From an uncultured Candidatus Saccharibacteria bacterium (lineage in GTDB: Bacteria > Patescibacteriota > Minisyncoccia > Phycocordibacterales > UBA918): a stretch of 64,000 bases of DNA. The first letter of the stretch is position 1. Each line of letters opens with the position of its first letter. The stretch spans positions 169,122 through 233,121 of the forward strand of contig CAYGTV010000002.1 of NCBI GenBank assembly GCA_964353135.1. The letters are read 5' to 3'. Of the stretch, positions 38,110-46,153 are shown one piece after another. Position numbers and translations under genes: made by a program. The notes under the pieces were generated by a model. The model saw only the letters and a list, made by a program, of their open reading frames with translations. It made no database searches and was not told the DNA's origin.

Positions 38110-38655
38110 ATGAAACACTTTAACTATATTTTCCTTGGAGTAATGATGGTTGTTGTATTGGGTGCGATGTATCTCTGGCTGGCAGAAACAGCCGAAGCTC
38201 CAATGCTAGAGGAGGGAGTGATGTGTACCGCTGATGCAATGGAGTGTCCTGATGGTTCGTTTGTGGGACGACAAGGTCCAAACTGTGAGTTTGCAGAGTG
38301 TCCGGCTCCGGCAGAAACAGCCGAGACAAACCAAATGATCCAGGTCGCTTCACCGCAACCAGGCGACACAGTTAGTAGTCCGCTACAACTAACGGGACAA
38401 GCTACCGGACTTTGGTTTTTTGAAGCATCTGCCCCAGTTGTGGTCGAAGACACAAATGGCAATGTGTTAGGGCAAAGCTATGTTACAGCCCAAGGTGACT
38501 GGATGACAACGAATTTTGTATCGTTCAGCGGCAACATTTCGTTCAACGTCCCAGCGGGGGTAACTAACGGATTTATAATTTTCAAAAAAGATAACCCGTC
38601 TGGCGAACCACAATTTGATGATGAGTTGGCGGTGCCAGTACAATTTGCTCCGTAG
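38110..38655 (+). CDS. Secreted protein with a Cys-rich segment plus Gmad2-like Ig-fold domain
   Basis: A signal or anchor is followed by CTADAMECPDGS...CEFAECP and then an SPQPGDTVSSPLQLTGQATG...FEASAPVVVED pattern resembling Gmad2 immunoglobulin-like domains. Confidence 0.5.
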   Translation: MKHFNYIFLGVMMVVVLGAMYLWLAETAEAPMLEEGVMCTADAMECPDGSFVGRQGPNCEFAECPAPAETAETNQMIQVASPQPGDTVSSPLQLTGQATGLWFFEASAPVVVEDTNGNVLGQSYVTAQGDWMTTNFVSFSGNISFNVPAGVTNGFIIFKKDNPSGEPQFDDELAVPVQFAP

Positions 38656-38661
38656 CAAGGT

Positions 38662-39162
38662 ATGAATATCTCGTTTATCGGCATGTCGGGCGCCGGCAAG
38701 AGTTACGTTGGTGCATATGTTGCCAAGGCGTTTGATTTACAGTTTGTCGATATCGACCAAGAAATGGAGAAACGGTATGGAAAACCTTTGCAAGACATTT
38801 TGGATCAATTAGGAGAAGCTAAATTCCTGGAGGAACAAGCCGGTCAAATCAAAGATTTGCAAGGTCGAGATAACCTAGTTATATCTCCGGGCGGTAGTGT
38901 TGTGTATTCAATTGATGCGATAAAGTGGCTGGTCGCAAATTCTGTCGTTGTGTATTTATCTGTGCCGTTTGAGACTATTGAAAACCGTATCGCTGCTGAT
39001 GTGCGCGGAATAGTAGGCTTGAGTGAGAAAAGTCTATGTGATTTATACGAAGAACGGAGGATGCTATATGAATCATACGCCCATCACATTATTGTTGCCG
39101 ACAGCAAAACACCTGAAATCATCACCCGTGAATTGCGTGATATACTGAATATTATTTCCTAA
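38662..39162 (+). CDS. Shikimate-kinase-like P-loop kinase
   Basis: Starts at the P-loop ISFIGMSGAGKS followed by the DxD region. About 166 aa, a shikimate kinase / gluconokinase-type fold. Confidence 0.6.
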   Translation: MNISFIGMSGAGKSYVGAYVAKAFDLQFVDIDQEMEKRYGKPLQDILDQLGEAKFLEEQAGQIKDLQGRDNLVISPGGSVVYSIDAIKWLVANSVVVYLSVPFETIENRIAADVRGIVGLSEKSLCDLYEERRMLYESYAHHIIVADSKTPEIITRELRDILNIIS

Positions 39163-39171
39163 GTATTTGCC

Positions 39172-39648
39172 ATGAATGAAACTGCGCCACAAATACACTA
39201 TCAAGAAAACCTCATTAGTCCTGAGGTTCGTGAAAAGTACGAAGCTATGACCGAGGAAGAGGCCGCAGAAAAGATCATAGAATCAGTAGAAAGGGCACAA
39301 GACCTAATCGCAGAGCTCAAAGAGTACGACAAGACTGATAAAGACAATAATGTCATCCATATTCACGATCGAGCTGAATGGAATGAAGCAAAAAAGCTTT
39401 CAAGGGAGCTTAAAGAAAATTTAGTGTTTATTCCGTTTCACATTTGCGCTAAAAATGATTTACCTTTTCACCCCTCTGAGCAGAGTGAAAAAATACAATA
39501 CAAACACAACCGGATGCCAGAAGATCCAGCTGACTCTGGCTATGCTGATAAACTTGAGTACAAGCATAAAGCAATACCGGAATCCGACAGAATCGAGGTT
39601 GATCAAATGGCAGAGACTCCGCCTGGTGTAGTAAAACTTGCCTCGTAA
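39172..39648 (+). CDS. Hypothetical protein (158 aa)
   Basis: ORF only. Confidence 0.45.
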   Translation: MNETAPQIHYQENLISPEVREKYEAMTEEEAAEKIIESVERAQDLIAELKEYDKTDKDNNVIHIHDRAEWNEAKKLSRELKENLVFIPFHICAKNDLPFHPSEQSEKIQYKHNRMPEDPADSGYADKLEYKHKAIPESDRIEVDQMAETPPGVVKLAS

Positions 39649-39674
39649 TAATTTTAATCAGTTCTTTTGTACCT

Positions 39675-40730
39675 ATGACCTTTGATTTTGATGCTGAAAT
39701 TAAGCAACACCTGGACGTTGTAAAGACCCTTGAGCGAGTGCCGGGTGTGTTTACCGCTTCGCTTGACGACACCTTTTATAACAAAGCGTGGTTGCGTGAT
39801 ATTTATTTCATCACGCTTGGTTTCTTTGAAACTGGTGACATGGAAACCACCAAGAATGCTGCCAAGGCATTGCTAACCGTGTTTGTAAAACACAAAGACA
39901 AGATCAACTGGGCAATCGAAAACAAACCAAACGAAGCGTGGCAATACATCCATGCGCGGTTCCACCCTGAAACCTTTGAGGAATATTGGGAAGAGTGGGG
40001 CAACAGTCAAAACGATGCTGTGGGTGAGGTACTCAACCTGCTGGTGACTCTGGAACTGATGGACGAAAGTGTAATCGAGACCCAAGACGAAAAAGAGATG
40101 GTGCAGAAAATTGTCGATTATTTGATCGCGATTGAATACTGGCAAGATGACGATAACGGAATCTGGGAAGAAAACCTCGAAGTGCACGCTTCCTCAATTG
40201 GTTCTTGTGTGGCTGCGCTCAAAAAGGCTAATGAGATCGACTGGCTCGACGTACCTGATGTGGCGATTGAACGAGGTGAACACGCTTTGCGCGCCCTACT
40301 ACCCCGAGAATCAGTCACCAAGTTCACCGACCTGGCACTGCTGACACTCATCTATCCTTTTAATGTCACCACCGAAGAAGAAACGTTGGAGATTCTCAAA
40401 AACGTCGAGTACCACTTGGTCAAAGAACGTGGAGTGATCCGATACAAGTTCGACCGCTACTACAACAACAACGTCGATGGGTTTAGTGAAGAGGCGGAGT
40501 GGTGTTTTGGACTAGCGTGGCTTGCGATCATCTATGCAGAGCGAGGTGATAAAGAAAAAGCGTACTACTATCTGCGTCGATCAAAAAACGCAGTGACACC
40601 AGACGGGGTGGTACCGGAGCTGTACTACTCAAACACCGACAAACCAAACCCAAACACACCACTAGGTTGGGCCGAGAGCATGTACGTCGTAGCACTGCAG
40701 AAAGTAAAAGAAATGGAAGCAGCAGGATGA
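39675..40730 (+). CDS. Glycoside hydrolase family 15-like (glucoamylase / phosphorylase-kinase-regulatory-like) protein
   Basis: About 350 aa all-alpha protein with WLRD and EENLE-like acidic motifs reminiscent of (alpha/alpha)6 GH15 enzymes. Moderate support. Confidence 0.45.
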   Translation: MTFDFDAEIKQHLDVVKTLERVPGVFTASLDDTFYNKAWLRDIYFITLGFFETGDMETTKNAAKALLTVFVKHKDKINWAIENKPNEAWQYIHARFHPETFEEYWEEWGNSQNDAVGEVLNLLVTLELMDESVIETQDEKEMVQKIVDYLIAIEYWQDDDNGIWEENLEVHASSIGSCVAALKKANEIDWLDVPDVAIERGEHALRALLPRESVTKFTDLALLTLIYPFNVTTEEETLEILKNVEYHLVKERGVIRYKFDRYYNNNVDGFSEEAEWCFGLAWLAIIYAERGDKEKAYYYLRRSKNAVTPDGVVPELYYSNTDKPNPNTPLGWAESMYVVALQKVKEMEAAG

Positions 40731-40735
40731 TAAAC

Positions 40736-40770
40736 AAAACCGACACGAGCACTGCTCGCGTCGGTTTTGT
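40736..40770. terminator. Bidirectional terminator (aaaaccgacacgagcactgctcgcgtcggtttt)
   Basis: Hairpin between convergent genes. Confidence 0.6.
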
Positions 40771-40785
40771 GTATGTTGGTAGCAA

Positions 40786-41511
40786 TCAAGAAAGTGTATC
40801 CTCGGTGATCTCATCGCTGACACTAGGTGAGATTGCGAGTGCGACGATAACGCCTTTTTCTCGCAGGCAGATGTGCTGTAGCCGGTCTTCTAGTATGACA
40901 CTGTAAATCAGTTTGATATCAGCCTGGTCTGACTGGTACAGCTTGGTGTCTGAACCAGCCATGCACCAATCTGCCGTATCAGGATGCAAGTTTTCTAGTT
41001 TTCCCTGCGCAGCTCGTAGTTCCTTGGCGATCAGTTCCTGGCTGAGTGACTGAGTTTTTTCTACTAGTTTGGGTGTAGAGAGTGAGGTACTCCAGTTTGT
41101 ATCTACAATCAGCTGCATCCGGTTCTTTTTCTTCTTTTTATTTTCAATAAGTCCGAGGGTTGGACCAATGATGGCTAGTCCGACGATCCCTAGTACGAGG
41201 TTTTTAGGTTCTTCAAATTGATCAGCCCAAGAAGATAATTCGCCGCGGGCAACATAGGCTTCTGGTTGGTTTTCCAGCTGTTGTAACAGCCAGTGAGCCG
41301 AGCGAATTGCAGCAGTTTGCTCAGACGGGGTTATATAAATAGAACTGATATTTTCAGAGTTGCTGGTCATTGGCCAGTTTTGCGCCTGAACATACCAAGC
41401 TAGACTTTGAGCAAAATCTGCGTCAGTTTCAGCATATCGAATCAAAGCGTGGGTGTGCTGCACGTATTGTACTGCTTGTTGTAAAAGTATTGTGTGCGAG
41501 TTTTTCTTCAT
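40786..41511 (-). CDS. Hypothetical protein with a central TM segment (241 aa)
   Basis: ORF only. Confidence 0.45.
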   Translation of the reverse strand: MKKNSHTILLQQAVQYVQHTHALIRYAETDADFAQSLAWYVQAQNWPMTSNSENISSIYITPSEQTAAIRSAHWLLQQLENQPEAYVARGELSSWADQFEEPKNLVLGIVGLAIIGPTLGLIENKKKKKNRMQLIVDTNWSTSLSTPKLVEKTQSLSQELIAKELRAAQGKLENLHPDTADWCMAGSDTKLYQSDQADIKLIYSVILEDRLQHICLREKGVIVALAISPSVSDEITEDTLS

Positions 41512-41723
41512 AGGAATCGACTTTATGAATAACCTCTCTTGTATTATACGCCCGCTGCAATTAAAAAAAGCAAATTATCAGAACAGTGCTGTTTTGCGTA
41601 GGTTGCACCCTACGAGCACTGCTACTTTATATCCCAGGGCACCCTCTCTTGATTCCAAGAAATCAATTCACCTTGTGTTCCTTTCAGTCACTAAAGTAGG
41701 TTGCATAGTGGAGCTTATGAGGT

Positions 41724-43223
41724 ATGCTGTCCCCCATGAACCAACGAGATGGAATTATCGTATTTAAGGACGTATCGTTTGAACACGATGCAACCAAACC
41801 GATTTTAAAAGAAGCTAGTTTTGTGGTGCGTCGTGGGGCCAAGTTCACCCTGATGGGGCAAAATGGAGCTGGGAAATCTACTCTATTTGGGCTTATTACT
41901 GGTAAAACTCAGCCGGACGAAGGAAGTATCAACCTGCAACCTAGGACAACCATCGCAGTATCGCGACAGATCATTCCTCGGGATGAGCTGGAACTAACGG
42001 TGCGGGCGTTTTTTGAGAAATGTTTCACCGAAAAAATGTATGACATTGATCCAAAAATTGATGAAGTTCTAGAGGTGGTAAACCTAGTTCCACCAGAATC
42101 ACAAACCGAATCATTTAAAGACCGTATCATCGGTAGTTTCTCTGGCGGTCAGCAAGCGCGGTTACTTTTGGCATCAGCCCTGATCCAAAACCCAGATGTA
42201 CTTTTGCTCGACGAGCCAACCAACAACCTCGATACAGCTGGGATCGAGCACCTGACAGAATTTCTTCGCGAGTACAAGAAAACAGTTATCGTTATTTCCC
42301 ACGATGCTGACTTCCTCAACTCATTTACTCAAGGAGTTTTGTACCTCAACACGCAAAACCGACAGGTTGAGCAATATAACGGTAACTACCACACAGTAGT
42401 AGAAGAGATCGCAGCTCGAGTTGAAAAGGAGAAGCGTCAAAACGCGCAGATGAACAAGCAGATCCAAGCTGACAAAGACAAGATCAACTACTTTGCAGCC
42501 AAGGGAGGAAAGATGCGTTTAGTTGCTAAAAAGATGCGGGCTGAAATTGAAGAAGCAGAAGAGAACAAAATCGATGTACGACGTGAAGATAAAGCCATCC
42601 GTCCGTTTACAATCGAACCGCACGGCGACATTCCTCTTGAAGTCATAAAATTAACTTCACTAACAGTGATTAGGGATCATCAGCCAAAACAAGTAGCGTG
42701 TGACATTACTCTAAAACGAGGGGAGCATCTACAGATTGTTGGTCCAAACGGAATTGGAAAAACAACTCTGCTTGAAAGCTTGGCTGGAGGAACTGCGACT
42801 GGAGAAGAGGTGGCAAAAGGGGTCAAGATTGGTTATTACCGACAAGACTTCTCTAACCTTGATTTCAATAAATCAGTGTTTGAAACCTTGATGGACAGTA
42901 TGAAGAAAAAGTTAGAAGAAGACATGCGTTCAATTGCCGCAGGGTTCCTTCTCTTTGGAGACGTGATGAAATCAAAAGTAGGCGACCTCTCAGAAGGACA
43001 AAAAGGACTAGTGGCATTTGCAAAGTTGCGGATGGAAGAACCAGGACTACTGATTCTCGACGAGCCGACTAACCACATTAACTTCCGTCATATTCCAGTG
43101 ATCGCGCAAGCACTCAATGAATATAAGGGGGCAATGATCCTGGTGTCTCACGTTCCAGAATTTGTAGAACAAATCAGGATTGATGATGTGTTGGACCTCA
43201 GTAAACTAAAACCGAAGAAATAG
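41724..43223 (+). CDS. ABC-F family ATPase (tandem ABC domains, no TMD; translation or ribosome-associated type)
   Basis: Two Walker A motifs (GQNGAGKST, GPNGIGKTT), two LSGGQ signatures (FSGGQQARL, LSEGQKGLV) and an inter-domain linker. Confidence 0.85.
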   Translation: MLSPMNQRDGIIVFKDVSFEHDATKPILKEASFVVRRGAKFTLMGQNGAGKSTLFGLITGKTQPDEGSINLQPRTTIAVSRQIIPRDELELTVRAFFEKCFTEKMYDIDPKIDEVLEVVNLVPPESQTESFKDRIIGSFSGGQQARLLLASALIQNPDVLLLDEPTNNLDTAGIEHLTEFLREYKKTVIVISHDADFLNSFTQGVLYLNTQNRQVEQYNGNYHTVVEEIAARVEKEKRQNAQMNKQIQADKDKINYFAAKGGKMRLVAKKMRAEIEEAEENKIDVRREDKAIRPFTIEPHGDIPLEVIKLTSLTVIRDHQPKQVACDITLKRGEHLQIVGPNGIGKTTLLESLAGGTATGEEVAKGVKIGYYRQDFSNLDFNKSVFETLMDSMKKKLEEDMRSIAAGFLLFGDVMKSKVGDLSEGQKGLVAFAKLRMEEPGLLILDEPTNHINFRHIPVIAQALNEYKGAMILVSHVPEFVEQIRIDDVLDLSKLKPKK

Positions 43224-43238
43224 TTGGTAAAAATATAC

Positions 43239-43268
43239 AAAAGCGCGACCCTTCAGGGTCGCGCTTTG
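43239..43268. terminator. Bidirectional terminator (aaagcgcgaccc ttca gggtcgcgcttt)
   Basis: Perfect 12-bp stem between convergent genes. Confidence 0.7.
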
Positions 43269-43278
43269 GTTGTATTAC

Positions 43279-44811
43279 CTATACGATCAGCAAGTATGTA
43301 CAGGCTGCCGCAAGCACTGCTATGTGCAGAATTAATACTTTCTTTTCTTCCCATACTGGTTTTGTAATTAGGAAGTATTGTGTGAGACCAGCTAGGAGTA
43401 GCGCGGGTAGGAGGTGGGGCTCAGGGATGATCCAATAGAAAGACAGGTATGCAAGTAGAAAAGAAATCCCGATAATTATTTTTGCCTTTTCCATACCGAG
43501 CACAACTGGCAGTGTTTTGATTCCAGCTTGCTTGTCTCCCTCGTAGTCTTTCAAATCAATAAAGCTAAATGCCATGGTAAAGAAAATGAGAAACGTTGGA
43601 ATCAGTGCGGACGGGACAAAAAACGTTGGTTCCTCGACCAGGAAAGTATAGCCAGACGTCACTACTGTTAGACAAATAAAAGCTAGAAGTCCTTTTGATA
43701 CAATGAGCACCCTTTTTATCCGCAGTGGCGGGGCTGAGTATATAAAGTAACCAGCGATGTATACCAGCATAAGAAATAGGTGTTCAAAACTTACTAACGC
43801 CGCCGCTACAATTGATACGCAAAGTGTCCACCAAGCGACTGCGCGGTACAAAACTGGGTCAAACGCTTGGCTCACTGTGAGTCGACCTGGTGTCGAGACA
43901 CAATCAATTTCAACGTCTTCTAGGTTATTGATTGCCACTGAAAATATCCAAGCACCGGTGATACTGATTATCACTAGTATCCATGAAAGTAGTGTGTCAG
44001 GTTGAACTAAACCGCTGGGTGCTACATCCGCAAAATAGACTGATAGACAGACACCAAATACAAATAAAAGTTGGAAGTGAATCCAGCGCAATGGTCTGAT
44101 TTCTTTCACAATCTCAATAACGTAGGTGGCGTCCGCCCGATAGGCTACATACAAACTCATACCGACCGCTATAAGAAAAAATATAGGTGTTAAAGGAACG
44201 GTTTTGGGGTCAACTGACCAACCTAGTTGATTCCCGATTGCTGTTACAACTGCAGGTAAAGAAACGTAGATGAAAATAGTTGTGTACATCAGCAGTGTGC
44301 CTGCCAGCGCGGTAACAATAGAACGAGTTTTTGTATAGAAGAACCAAAGTGACCCTAGGAGTATCAGCACCATAGCTGTTCGCATTCCAATAGTGATGCC
44401 AAACTCTGTAATTGGGCCAAAGAAAGTCAGATACATTCCAAGCAAAAATTCTGGATCCATAATGTAGGCAATTTTTTGTCCCCCAGGACCAAAGGCAAGG
44501 AGGTCAACCGTAGGTGGAATAAGAATAATTAAAAATAGCGGCACTATAAGTCGTAGTGTGGCTTGTACCGAATCCTTGGTAATAATTAGAAACAGGGCAC
44601 AAAATGTTGCAGCTAGTGCGACATAGGACAGAATATAATGGATTAAGTGCTCGAGGTTGAACTCATGCTGACTAGAGTACAACTCAAGAAAATTTCTAAC
44701 GAGCGTGATACTTGCAAACGTAATCATAAGGTACGTTAATGAAACCGGCGTTTGCTGAATTGTGTCGATCAGTCTTGTAAGCCAGTGGTTCAGTTGAGTT
44801 ATGTGTTTCAT
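43279..44811 (-). CDS. Large polytopic membrane protein with a C-terminal UbiA-prenyltransferase-like domain
   Basis: 510 aa with more than 12 TM segments. The C-terminal half carries Asp-rich motifs of the UbiA superfamily (DLKDYEGDKQAGIKTLPV). Confidence 0.5.
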   Translation of the reverse strand: MKHITQLNHWLTRLIDTIQQTPVSLTYLMITFASITLVRNFLELYSSQHEFNLEHLIHYILSYVALAATFCALFLIITKDSVQATLRLIVPLFLIILIPPTVDLLAFGPGGQKIAYIMDPEFLLGMYLTFFGPITEFGITIGMRTAMVLILLGSLWFFYTKTRSIVTALAGTLLMYTTIFIYVSLPAVVTAIGNQLGWSVDPKTVPLTPIFFLIAVGMSLYVAYRADATYVIEIVKEIRPLRWIHFQLLFVFGVCLSVYFADVAPSGLVQPDTLLSWILVIISITGAWIFSVAINNLEDVEIDCVSTPGRLTVSQAFDPVLYRAVAWWTLCVSIVAAALVSFEHLFLMLVYIAGYFIYSAPPLRIKRVLIVSKGLLAFICLTVVTSGYTFLVEEPTFFVPSALIPTFLIFFTMAFSFIDLKDYEGDKQAGIKTLPVVLGMEKAKIIIGISFLLAYLSFYWIIPEPHLLPALLLAGLTQYFLITKPVWEEKKVLILHIAVLAAACTYLLIV

Positions 44812-44863
44812 TAACGTGATTATACTAAAAATTATAATAAGTAATGCACTCTGCTACACTAGT

Positions 44864-45136
44864 TTCATGAAGGCAACTCGTCACTACGTTTATGTTTTAC
44901 ATTGTTCTGACGGAACATTTTATTGTGGATACACCACAGACGTTGAACGTCGTGTTCAGGAGCATAACGGAGAGGGGAAAGTAGCTGGGGCCAAGTACAC
45001 CAATGGTCGACGGCCAGTGCAAGTAGTCCACACTGAATCTTTTGCCACTAGAAGTGAAGCGCAAAAACGTGAAGCAGAAATTAAAAAAATGTCTCGTCAA
45101 GAAAAGGAGAAGTGGTACACTGCTAGTAATAAATAA
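44864..45136 (+). CDS. GIY-YIG nuclease family protein (UPF0213/YhbQ-like)
   Basis: YVYVLHCSDGTFYCGYTTDVERRVQEHN...KYT.GRRP matches the small standalone GIY-YIG family. Confidence 0.8.
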   Translation, partial: FMKATRHYVYVLHCSDGTFYCGYTTDVERRVQEHNGEGKVAGAKYTNGRRPVQVVHTESFATRSEAQKREAEIKKMSRQEKEKWYTASNK

Positions 45137-45165
45137 ACAATACGTATGTTAGAAAATTTAAAGGC

Positions 45166-45585
45166 ATGTTTAGTGAGGCTAAAAAAGTAGAGCAGGCTCC
45201 AAATGCTGTGGAGCTACCACCTGCATCTGCCGTTGAAGAAATGGAAAACCTACTAGATTATTCTGGCGAGTTATCACCCGATCAAAAAGACCGGCTGGCT
45301 GAGTTACAAGATCAGTTAGAAGAAAAGGCAGATGAACTTGCTTTAGAATCAGTAAAAAACCGAATCAATCCAATTTCAGCTGCTCAAACAGGTCGACTGA
45401 ATGTGGTAGATAAAGAAGTATCCCCGTATGCTCCGATTGAGGCTGCAGGACCTGTGATTCTAAAAGAGTCACAGGTGTTATATCCGGGAGCAGACCCAAC
45501 ACCACATAAGCCAGTGGCAGAAAAAGATGTTGTAGATTTAGGAAAGCGCTCAGGGAATCCTTATGGTTTCCCAGAAATGAAATAG
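45166..45585 (+). CDS. Hypothetical acidic protein (139 aa)
   Basis: ORF followed by a hairpin terminator at about 45600-45636. Confidence 0.45.
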   Translation: MFSEAKKVEQAPNAVELPPASAVEEMENLLDYSGELSPDQKDRLAELQDQLEEKADELALESVKNRINPISAAQTGRLNVVDKEVSPYAPIEAAGPVILKESQVLYPGADPTPHKPVAEKDVVDLGKRSGNPYGFPEMK

Positions 45586-45727
45586 TCAGTCTCTGAAAAT
45601 AAAAACACTAGTACTCATCTGCTAGTGTTTTTATTTTACAAAACTGTGTACAAAAAACTTTTTCATAATTACTGGTTGTATAATTATGTCAGGACACGAA
45701 TTACGTGTGAGAGTAAATTATTTTAAT

Positions 45728-45952
45728 ATGGCAACAAAAAAACCAGCAGCGAAAAAAGCTGCACCAAAGAAAAAACCAGTAGCAAAAAAAGTCGTTAAGA
45801 AAACAGTAAAAGTAGCTGCTAAAAAAGTAGCTCCAAAAAAGAAAGCTGTAAAGAAAGCTGTACCAAAGAAAAAGGTAGCAGCTAAATCTACTAAAAAAGT
45901 AGTTAAGAAAGCGGCTCCAAAAAAGAAGACAGCAGCAAAGAAAAAGAAATAA
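45728..45952 (+). CDS. Histone H1-like, Lys/Ala-rich basic protein (KKAAPKKK repeats)
   Basis: A 74-aa product made almost entirely of AKK/PKKK repeats. The mirrored antisense ORF is a translation artefact of the same repeat. Confidence 0.65.
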   Translation: MATKKPAAKKAAPKKKPVAKKVVKKTVKVAAKKVAPKKKAVKKAVPKKKVAAKSTKKVVKKAAPKKKTAAKKKK

Positions 45953-45956
45953 ATTA

Positions 45957-45983
45957 AAAGCGACACCAGTATGTGTCGCTTTT
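45957..45983 (+). terminator. Intrinsic terminator (aaaagcgacac cagtat gtgtcgctttt)
   Basis: Directly after the Lys-rich gene. Confidence 0.7.
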
Positions 45984-46033
45984 AATTTGTATTAGTGAAT
46001 GTATAATTAGGCTGTCGCGAATAATTTTTATAT

Positions 46034-46102
46034 ATGCCAAAAGGCCAAGATCGAAAAAAAGAAGTCAAAAAACCAAAGAAAGATAAACCAGTAAAGAAGT
46101 AA
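46034..46102 (+). CDS. Possible 22-aa very basic micro-protein (MPKGQDRKKEVKKPKKDKPVKK)
   Basis: Not in the ORF track. It sits between two terminators and is followed by the hairpin at 46111-46136. Speculative. Confidence 0.2.
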   Translation: MPKGQDRKKEVKKPKKDKPVKK

Positions 46103-46110
46103 TAAAACAA

Positions 46111-46140
46111 AAAGAGTGCCAAGAGGGCACTCTTTTTGCA
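46111..46140. terminator. Bidirectional terminator (aaagagtgcc aagag ggcactcttttt)
   Basis: Downstream of the minus-strand oxidoreductase-DedA gene. Confidence 0.7.
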
Positions 46141-46153
46141 TGATAACTAGAAC

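Noticed and set aside
45718-45966. Minus-strand 82-aa ORF mirroring the Lys-rich gene
   Set aside because: It is the reverse-complement reading of an AAG/AAA repeat (poly-Phe/Leu, FFFGAAF). It is an artefact of the repeat, so the plus-strand histone-like reading is preferred.
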